NCBI GenBank assembly: GCA_030549845.1
Contig: JAUQQN010000001.1
Span: 210,001 to 242,000 of the forward strand
Direction: 5' to 3'
Length of the DNA: 32,000 nucleotides
From: Patescibacteria group bacterium
GTDB taxonomy: Bacteria > Patescibacteriota > Minisyncoccia > UBA6257 > HR35
The position numbers and the translations under genes were made by a program. Positions 25,961-32,000 of the stretch are shown one piece after another. The notes beneath the pieces are model-generated. The model saw nothing but the letters and a program-made list of their open reading frames with translations, was not told where the DNA came from and made no database searches. How positions within the stretch are numbered: the stretch's first letter is position 1; every line of letters starts with the position of its first letter.

Positions 25961-26899
25961 TTAAAAAGAGATGTCGAACATTCGTTTTTTAAGTTTAAGT
26001 AAAAAGCTGTAAATGTTTTTCCCTAAAAAGGAAAGTAAAAAATTTCTGTATATGAAAAAATCCATCGGATAAACTTTAATGGCTTTTAAAAAATAAATCC
26101 TTGCTTTTGAAGAATCGCCACAGACCATATATAGAGTACCAATAGTCTTCAATCTATGAGAATAACTTTGAGGGTATTTTTTAAAAAAATTTTCATGTTT
26201 TTTGATCAAGTATAAATTTTCAGAAACTTGATTTTCGTAAGGAAACTGACTAATAGATATATTTCCACCATGAATATAGTACTTTAATAAAATTGATGGC
26301 ACAAAATCTACATTATAATATTGAAGTATTCGAATCCATAAATCTTGATCTGCCATCCTTCTTAAATTTTTATCTATAAGTCCTATTTTATTAAAAATTT
26401 CTCTCCTAATTAAAAGAGCACTTAAAGTAGTAGGAAGTCTTCCTTTTAAAACATTTTCAATTAAATTTTCTTTTAGAGCAGAAAATTTAAATTCTTTTTT
26501 AAAATTTGTATTTTCTTTAATTATTAAAATATCACAACCTACCATCCCAAGATTTGTACTATTTGATTTGTTAAATATATTTATTTGTTCTTCTAATTTT
26601 AGTGGCAACCATTCGTCATCAGAATCTAAAAAAGCTATAAATTCACCTCTTACGACAGATAAACCCTTGTTTAGTGCTGAGGGCCAACCTTGATTTTCTT
26701 GGTAGACATAGACTATTCTAGAATCTTTTTGTTGAAAATCTTCAACAATTTCCTTGGTATTATCAGTAGAACCATCATCTACAATAATTAGTTCAAAATC
26801 TTTATAAGTTTGATTAAGAACAGAATTTATTGCCCGTGGAAGAAGATCTGCTCTATTATAAGTTGTAATAATTACTGAAACAGTTGGGATTTTATTCAT
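25961..26899 (-). CDS. GT2-family glycosyltransferase with C-terminal helical (TPR-like) tail
   Basis: VSVIITTYNRADLLPRAINSVLNQTYKDFELIIVDDGSTDNT and FLDSDDEW. I prefer the ATG at 26899 (MNKIPTVSV...), which removes the overlap with the upstream gene created by the track start at 26959. Confidence 0.85.
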   Translation of the reverse strand: MNKIPTVSVIITTYNRADLLPRAINSVLNQTYKDFELIIVDDGSTDNTKEIVEDFQQKDSRIVYVYQENQGWPSALNKGLSVVRGEFIAFLDSDDEWLPLKLEEQINIFNKSNSTNLGMVGCDILIIKENTNFKKEFKFSALKENLIENVLKGRLPTTLSALLIRREIFNKIGLIDKNLRRMADQDLWIRILQYYNVDFVPSILLKYYIHGGNISISQFPYENQVSENLYLIKKHENFFKKYPQSYSHRLKTIGTLYMVCGDSSKARIYFLKAIKVYPMDFFIYRNFLLSFLGKNIYSFLLKLKKRMFDISF

Positions 26900-26933
26900 G
26901 TTGTTTAAATTCGCTAAATATATTTTATACCAT

Positions 26934-27959
26934 TTAAAATAACTCTGACCAAGTTGCAATTGCTTTTTTTAATTTTTTGAAATAATTTATCTTTATGTTT
27001 AATTTTTCAGCAATTTCTCGATAACAAGTTTTAAAATCGCTTTTAGTCAATTTTATCTCATTTATATATTTCCACAAATATTCATTAATTTTTATCCCTT
27101 TTCTCTCTTTTTCTAAATTTTTATAAGGATCACTTGCTCGATCATGCCAAATAACCGGATAGCCTGAAGTAATTCTATAACCCAGATGATCACAAATTTT
27201 TTTTACGAAAATTCCTGCCCAAATATCATCAAATCTATCAACCCCCCAAGATTTTTCATTTTTATCTTTGCCCATTAACATAAAATACATTGCTGGGGTT
27301 AATTCTCGTTTCCAAGCTAGATTCATACCACACATTGGAAAATATTTTCCTACAGGAATAATTTGTTGAATAAAATAATTTTCAATTTTGGGGAATTTTT
27401 TAAATTTTAATTGAGTAATAGCATCGAAATCTGGAATATTGGCCCATAAACCATGATTTAAAATAATTTTATTTGAATCAATAATATCTTCCACCTGTTT
27501 ATAAGGTAATCCTCTTGGCCTAATATTACCTTTTAATCTGATAGTTGAAACCCATTTTATTTCCTGATATGAATTCTTAAACAATGCATCATAATGAGAT
27601 TTAATAAAATTATTCTTATTAAAGTTTTTAATATAATTCTCTAATGGGTAACAATCATCGTCTAGAGCTATTATCATATCACTTTTCATCTGATATGCTT
27701 TCCAAAAACCATAACTTTTAATTGCTGAAGTTCTTCTTGGAATAATCCAACTATCTTTCCCTAAATCTTTTTCTATATCCTCCCAACTGTAATGAAAGAT
27801 TGGAAATTTTAAATTCTTATTTATTTCAAAAGATTTTATAGGATTATCTTCAATAATAATTAAATTAATTTTATATTTATCAAAAACTTCTTCCCATTCA
27901 CCAATAAATCTTCTTATAGAATTTTCTCTTATTGTTGGTACAACCACTGAAATTTTCAT
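26934..27959 (-). CDS. reversibly-glycosylated-polypeptide (RGP / GT75, UDP-arabinopyranose-mutase family) homologue
   Basis: Full-length collinear motif matches to plant RGPs as I remember them: VPTIRE, ALDDDCYP, RPRGLPY, HGLWANIPDFDAITQL, FPMCGMNLAWKRELTPAMYFMLMG, RFDDIWAGIFVKKICDHL, HDRASDPYKNLEKERKGI. Confidence 0.8.
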   Translation of the reverse strand: MKISVVVPTIRENSIRRFIGEWEEVFDKYKINLIIIEDNPIKSFEINKNLKFPIFHYSWEDIEKDLGKDSWIIPRRTSAIKSYGFWKAYQMKSDMIIALDDDCYPLENYIKNFNKNNFIKSHYDALFKNSYQEIKWVSTIRLKGNIRPRGLPYKQVEDIIDSNKIILNHGLWANIPDFDAITQLKFKKFPKIENYFIQQIIPVGKYFPMCGMNLAWKRELTPAMYFMLMGKDKNEKSWGVDRFDDIWAGIFVKKICDHLGYRITSGYPVIWHDRASDPYKNLEKERKGIKINEYLWKYINEIKLTKSDFKTCYREIAEKLNIKINYFKKLKKAIATWSELF

Positions 27960-27980
27960 CTTTAAAATTATTATTTAAGC

Positions 27981-28463
27981 TTATAAAAATAATAAACCTA
28001 TACCATAATTAAACTTATCAAAAATTATCTCGTTAATTCTGTAGCGATTTTTAAGTACTGACCAAAATTTAGGCACTTCAATATCTTTCCTTAAAGGGTC
28101 TTTATTTATAATATCATGAAAAGCAATAATTCCTCCTTTTCTAACTAAAGGACTATACATTTCGAAATCTTTTTTAACTCCTTCATAAGTATGATCACCA
28201 TCAATAAAAAGAAAATCTAATTGATTACCGCTTAAAATATTTTTAACTTCTTCTAGGGTTTCTTGGTTATGAGAGTCTTTTCTTAAAAGAAGAAGATTTA
28301 TTCTATTAATAGGCCGCTTCGTAGCTTTAATCAAAAAAATTTTCAAACCATAATTTTTAAGAACAAAAATTGATTTTTTAATTAATCTTAACATCTTGAG
28401 GTTTACGTAAATATTCTTAAACCAATAACTCCAATTTTTTCTTTCATTATTAAATTTTATCAT
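27981..28463 (-). CDS. class I SAM-methyltransferase (Methyltransf_24/CmcI-like), C-terminal half only; possibly a decaying gene
   Basis: LDFLFIDGDHTYEGVKKDFEMYSPLVRKGGIIAFHDI is the conserved distal half of the fold. The first 70 or so aa lack the E/D-x-G-x-G-x-G SAM motif I. A 396-bp non-coding stretch lies upstream. Confidence 0.5.
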   Translation of the reverse strand: MIKFNNERKNWSYWFKNIYVNLKMLRLIKKSIFVLKNYGLKIFLIKATKRPINRINLLLLRKDSHNQETLEEVKNILSGNQLDFLFIDGDHTYEGVKKDFEMYSPLVRKGGIIAFHDIINKDPLRKDIEVPKFWSVLKNRYRINEIIFDKFNYGIGLLFL

Positions 28464-28593
28464 AGAAAAATATTGGAGTTTAGCCTTTAAAATAAATAAA
28501 AATCTATTCCTATTTTAAGGATTTCCCATCTATCCATTGAACAATACTATTGTAATATTCTTAATAATATTGGAGTACTAACGCAAAAATATT

Positions 28594-28619
28594 TTCTATA
28601 TTTCTATAGAAAAATAGAA
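28594..28619. promoter_or_regulatory. 26-bp composite palindrome, copy A (upstream of the glycan operon)
   Basis: TTCTA TAT TTCTATAGAA AAA TAGAA, 131 nt upstream of the ATG at 28463, inside the longest intergenic region of the window. Confidence 0.6.
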
Positions 28620-28859
28620 TTAGGTATATCATTTTTTTATTTTTTCAATTCCTTAAGAAAAACAAAGGGTTAACTTATAGCCGAAAATTAATTAAGAATT
28701 TAAGTCTGAATTCAGGAGAATATTTCTTTAAATATTTTTTTATTTTTGTTATCAATCTTATTTTTAATTAAAGACAAAACTACCATATATACTTTAATAT
28801 AAGAATGGTTAATTTAAAAATCTAATTCTCTTTTGTTAATTTATTAAAAAGCTAAAAAT

Positions 28860-29804
28860 TTATTCTAAGTTTTCTTTGAACCATTCAACTGTAATTTTTA
28901 AGCCTTCATCTAAAGATACTTTTGGTATCCAACCTAATTCTTTTTTGGCCTTAGAATAATCTAAGCAACTTCTTCTTTGTTCTCCAGGTTTTCTAGGTCC
29001 ATGAATTTTTTTACAATTTGAACCAGTTAATTGTTTTAACTTTAGAAAAATTGTATTAATTGTTGTTTCTTTACCAGTCCCAATATTATAAACTCCGATC
29101 TTATTCTTCTTTATTGCTAAAATAAAAGCATTAACAACATCATCAACATAAACAAAATCTCTAGTTTGTTTTCCATTACCATTAATTATTGGTTGGTCAC
29201 CTCGAAGCATTTTATCACAAAAAATAGCAATAACGCCAGCTTCCCCTTTTGAGTTTTGTCTTGGCCCATAAACATTAGCTAACCTTAAAGCAATGTAAGG
29301 GATTTTAAAAACTTGAAAATAATAATTTAAATATTTTTCTACAGTCAATTTCTCAATTCCATAAGGGGAAAGAGGAAATTCAGGATAGCTTTCTGGAGTA
29401 GGAATAATTTTAACATCTCCATAAATAGCTCCACCAGTTGAAGCAAAAACAATTTTTGTGATTTTATTGTAATTTTTATAATGATATAATTTAGCGAAAC
29501 TTTCAATAATATTTAATGAACCTAAAATATTTATTTCAGCGCTTTTAATAGGATTTTCAACTGATTTTCTAACATCAATTTGGGCTGCAAGATGATAAAT
29601 TATGTCTGGTTTTTCTTTCTTAAATATTTCAAAAATTTTAGATGAGCAAATATCAATTTTATAAAATCTTGCTTTTTTATTTAAATTTTCTTTTTTACCT
29701 GACGAAAGGTTATCTATAATAATTACTTTGTGCTTTTCCTTAATTAGTCTATCAACTAAATGCGAACCTATAAATCCTGCTCCACCTGTGACTAAAATTC
29801 TCAT
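28860..29804 (-). CDS. GalE-like NAD-dependent nucleotide-sugar 4-epimerase (extended SDR)
   Basis: MRILVTGGAGFIGSHLVDRL, ASTGGAIYGD, and catalytic SPYGIEK (YxxxK). 314 aa. Confidence 0.85.
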   Translation of the reverse strand: MRILVTGGAGFIGSHLVDRLIKEKHKVIIIDNLSSGKKENLNKKARFYKIDICSSKIFEIFKKEKPDIIYHLAAQIDVRKSVENPIKSAEINILGSLNIIESFAKLYHYKNYNKITKIVFASTGGAIYGDVKIIPTPESYPEFPLSPYGIEKLTVEKYLNYYFQVFKIPYIALRLANVYGPRQNSKGEAGVIAIFCDKMLRGDQPIINGNGKQTRDFVYVDDVVNAFILAIKKNKIGVYNIGTGKETTINTIFLKLKQLTGSNCKKIHGPRKPGEQRRSCLDYSKAKKELGWIPKVSLDEGLKITVEWFKENLE

Positions 29805-30793
29805 TTTTGTAAAAGTTTAATCCACTTATTTTTAAATTTTAATGCTTTTTTAAAAGAAAGTTCAATACCTGTTTTTAAATCTATTTTTGGCTCATAGCCT
29901 AAAATATTTTTAATTTTTGATAAATCTGGTTTTCGAAATTCAATATCAGTAAATATATCTCCTCTTTCTTTTGTTGGCAAGTAAATGACATCAATATCTT
30001 CATGTAAAATTTTTAATTTTTTAGCAATTTTAATCATTAAATCTTTTAGCTCATTAATAGAATAGATTTCTTTGTCATTACCAATATTAAAAGTTTCTTT
30101 GCATTTATTTTTTATTAAATACTTTACCCCTAAAATAAATCCTTTAACTGTATCATCAATATAACAAAAAGCTCGTTTTTGATTCCCGTGTCCAAAAATT
30201 GTGATAGGTTTTTTAAAAATAATTGAATATAAAAAACTTGCAAAAACACGCGATGGTTTTTTTAAATCTACACCGAACCCATATGTATTAAATATTCTAA
30301 AAATAATAAAGGGTAAATTTGAAAGTCGTATAACATTTTCTTCTAAACATTTAACATGGGCATAATTCCACCTATTAGAAAATTCAAATACAAAAAAATC
30401 ATCTTCTTTAAAACTTTTCTTCTTAAATATCCCTAACAAACCGTAAACATCAGAGCTTGATGAAAAAATTATAGGTTTATTATATTTCTGAGCAATCTTG
30501 GTTAAAATTAAGGTATTTTTCAAATTCTGAATAACTTTTTTAAAATTTTTTATTGTTATATCAACTCCAACTATGCTTGCAAGATGAATAATTAAATCTA
30601 CATTTTTGACTATATTTTCTAAAATATCCTTATTTATTTCTGAACGATATATTTTAATATTTGAATTCTTTTCCAATAATAAACCAGTTCCAGAAGAAAA
30701 ATCATCTAGAATAAAAACAAAATTATTTTGAGATAATGCATTTGATAGATAACTTCCTATAAATCCTGCCCCTCCGGTTATAAGAATTTTCAT
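29801..30793 (-). CDS. NAD-dependent epimerase/dehydratase family protein (extended SDR, substrate unknown)
   Basis: MKILITGGAGFIGSYL Rossmann start (ATG 30793 preferred to 30835), SSSSDVYG, and YAHVK (YxxxK). ATGA-type overlap with the downstream epimerase. Confidence 0.8.
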   Translation of the reverse strand: MKILITGGAGFIGSYLSNALSQNNFVFILDDFSSGTGLLLEKNSNIKIYRSEINKDILENIVKNVDLIIHLASIVGVDITIKNFKKVIQNLKNTLILTKIAQKYNKPIIFSSSSDVYGLLGIFKKKSFKEDDFFVFEFSNRWNYAHVKCLEENVIRLSNLPFIIFRIFNTYGFGVDLKKPSRVFASFLYSIIFKKPITIFGHGNQKRAFCYIDDTVKGFILGVKYLIKNKCKETFNIGNDKEIYSINELKDLMIKIAKKLKILHEDIDVIYLPTKERGDIFTDIEFRKPDLSKIKNILGYEPKIDLKTGIELSFKKALKFKNKWIKLLQK

Positions 30794-30823
30794 ATTGATA
30801 AATTTTAACTTAAAATTTTTAAA

Positions 30824-30961
30824 ATGAGTTTGCAAAATAGAGATTATTATAAAGAAAAATTAAAAGATATAGAAAGAGAGGAATCAAAAAGGAGCATTTT
30901 TGTTATTGGAGTAGTCCTTTTAATAATTTTAGCCTTACTTTTAAGTTTGATAATATTTTAG
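30824..30961 (+). CDS. possible tail-anchored small membrane protein (45 aa)
   Basis: MSLQNRDYYKEKLKDIEREESKRSIFVIGVVLLIILALLLSLIIF: a charged N-terminal half and one C-terminal TM helix. TAAAAT (30811-30816) lies 7 nt before the ATG, like other operon heads here. It is the only plus-strand candidate between two minus-strand genes and is below the track cutoff. Confidence 0.35.
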   Translation: MSLQNRDYYKEKLKDIEREESKRSIFVIGVVLLIILALLLSLIIF

Positions 30962-30968
30962 ATAAAAA

Positions 30969-31463
30969 TCAAATATTTCTATTAATTTCTATTGAATGTT
31001 CATTTAGTAATTGAATAATTCGTTTTATTAAGGAATCTTCATTTGGGAAATCTAAGTATTGAATTTCATCTTTATAAAATGTGCTTAATGCTAATATATG
31101 GTAAACAAGACATTGAGAATAAATATTAGGGAATTTTTCCCTTAAGTTATTAAATTCTTTACTAAATTTCTCAGTTAATTCAGGGCTTTTTTCTAAAATT
31201 CCATAAATTTTTGTTTTAAAATTCATTAATTCTTCAACAAACCTTTCGTATAACTCATCTTCTTTAAGCTTTTGAATTTTCTTTTTTTCATTTCCTATTA
31301 TTTGTTCATTATCTTTTAAATTAAACTCTAAAATAACTAACAAAAGATTTCTTATATCTTCTTCGCTAATAAGGTTTTCCTTGATCAATCTCTTTACAAC
31401 ACTTTTTATTCCTTCCTTATTTGATGAGTTTATTAGTTTTTTGTTTTCTGGATGTTTTTTCAT
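30969..31463 (-). CDS. hypothetical cytoplasmic all-helical protein (164 aa from ATG 31463; 173 aa from TTG 31490)
   Basis: Open frame in the track with no motif I recognise. TGC-TATAAT (31476-31471 on the minus strand) lies 7 nt upstream of ATG 31463. Palindrome copy B lies about 100 nt upstream. Confidence 0.65.
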   Translation of the reverse strand: MKKHPENKKLINSSNKEGIKSVVKRLIKENLISEEDIRNLLLVILEFNLKDNEQIIGNEKKKIQKLKEDELYERFVEELMNFKTKIYGILEKSPELTEKFSKEFNNLREKFPNIYSQCLVYHILALSTFYKDEIQYLDFPNEDSLIKRIIQLLNEHSIEINRNI

Positions 31464-31559
31464 TGCCTTAATTATAGCAAAATATAACAAAAATTACCAT
31501 AGTGTATTAATAAAATTTTGTTAAGTTTTAAAATTAACTCTTCTTTGTACTATTTTATT

Positions 31560-31585
31560 TTCTAAATTTCTATAGAAAAATAGAA
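31560..31585. promoter_or_regulatory. 26-bp composite palindrome, copy B
   Basis: TTCTA AAT TTCTATAGAA AAA TAGAA, between the ArsR-like gene stop (31624) and the orphan gene start. Confidence 0.6.
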
Positions 31586-31623
31586 ATTAAATTTTGGACA
31601 GTAAATGTTTGACATTTTTTATT

Positions 31624-31911
31624 TTATTGGTTCTTAAAAAGTCCTTTATAAAATTCTTCAACTTGGGATAAAACTCTTAAACCTAGCTTTGTTATTTTAT
31701 AATTAACAATTAAGCCCTCTCTTTTTCTAGAGATCAATTGGGCCTTAACTAATCTTTCTAAATGAGGAATTACTGTTTTATAATTTTTCTCCAAAAAATC
31801 AGCTATACTTCCTGTATCTCTTTCACCTGAATTTTTAAGATAAATTAAAATTTTTAATCTAGTTTTATTCCCTAATGCTTTAAATAATGATTCCAATCTT
31901 TGCAAGTCCAT
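31624..31911 (-). CDS. ArsR/SmtB-family winged-helix transcriptional regulator (95 aa)
   Basis: LFKALGNKTRLKILIYLKNSGERDTGSIADFLEKNYKTVIPHLERLVKAQLISRKREGLIVNYKIT matches the ArsR HTH pattern (ALxxxxRLxIL...HL..L..A.L...R.G). No metal-binding Cys or His motifs are seen. Confidence 0.85.
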   Translation of the reverse strand: MDLQRLESLFKALGNKTRLKILIYLKNSGERDTGSIADFLEKNYKTVIPHLERLVKAQLISRKREGLIVNYKITKLGLRVLSQVEEFYKGLFKNQ

Positions 31912-31932
31912 ATTGCATTAAAATTTTATTTT

Positions 31933-31981
31933 ATTATAACAAATCATTTTTATTTTTCTATATTTCTATAGAAAATTAGAA
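31933..31981 (-). promoter_or_regulatory. promoter of the ArsR-like gene overlapped by 26-bp palindrome copy C
   Basis: Copy C: TTCTA TAT TTCTATAGAA AAT TAGAA (31956-31981). On the minus strand its proximal half-site TAGAAA (31960-31955) sits 16 nt upstream of the extended -10 TGT-TATAAT (hexamer 31938-31933). The ATG is at 31911. Confidence 0.6.
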
Positions 31982-32000
31982 AATTAATTTTAAAAATAGT

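Noticed and set aside
26714-26723. ATTCTAGAAT palindrome inside the GT2 gene, and the EcoRI-containing CTGAATTCAG at 28706-28715, as relatives of the TTCTA operator.
   Set aside because: The half-site spacing differs (no central TA) and the outer half-sites are missing. Short palindromes of this size are expected by chance.
31596-31620. Small hairpin AAATG-TTTGA-CATTT followed by a T-run, as a terminator after the ArsR-like gene.
   Set aside because: The T-run follows the hairpin only on the plus strand, whereas the flanking genes are on the minus strand. The stem is only 5 A/T-rich base pairs. I found no convincing intrinsic terminators anywhere in the window.
20484-31981. The four 26-bp repeats as a CRISPR array or MITE-like mobile element.
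   Set aside because: Spacing is irregular (about 8.1 kb, 2.9 kb, 0.4 kb). Flanks are unrelated beyond a few A/T bases. There are no target-site duplications or terminal inverted repeats other than the site itself, and no cas or transposase genes in the window.
1-32000. Search for rRNA genes, integrase, transposase or phage genes, toxin-antitoxin pairs, and known defence systems.
   Set aside because: No ORF shows the corresponding catalytic motifs (DDE, tyrosine or serine recombinase, PIN, HEPN and so on), and no rRNA-like conserved segments were seen. Absence is based on reading the translations only, not on profile searches.

Overview
This is a very AT-rich, tightly packed bacterial window. 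Many gene pairs have 1-4 nt gaps or ATGA overlaps. The genetic code is standard: TGA terminates dnaE, ligT and the GT2 fusion at natural C-termini. Gene content and protein sizes suggest a reduced genome of the CPR/Patescibacteria type, but that is an inference.

The left half (1-11.3 kb) is housekeeping. It carries a tRNA-Met -> mnmA -> truncated alaS operon, tRNA-Gly, ligT, dnaE, rnhB, tsf, rpsB, rpmE, an RF1 lacking domain 1, and an atypical trxB-like gene. Positions 11.3-17 kb form an envelope operon: two small membrane proteins, a 1253-aa secreted protein (Zn-phospholipase C/P1-nuclease-like domain plus two lamin-tail domains), and a YkuD-M23 fusion. Positions 17.1-30.8 kb form a surface-glycan locus with a GT2/polytopic fusion plus a GtrA-like gene, three GT4, two GT2, a CgeB-like gene, an FkbM methyltransferase, a plant-type RGP/GT75 homologue and two SDR epimerases.

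The strongest unexplained signal is an exact 26-bp four-half-site palindrome, TTCTA-N3-TTCTATAGAA-N3-TAGAA, present four times. One copy lies on the promoter of a 95-aa ArsR-like regulator, one upstream of an orphan 164-aa gene, one in the only long non-coding gap ahead of the glycan operon, and one inside the last GT4 gene. No CRISPR array, rRNA or mobile element was seen.
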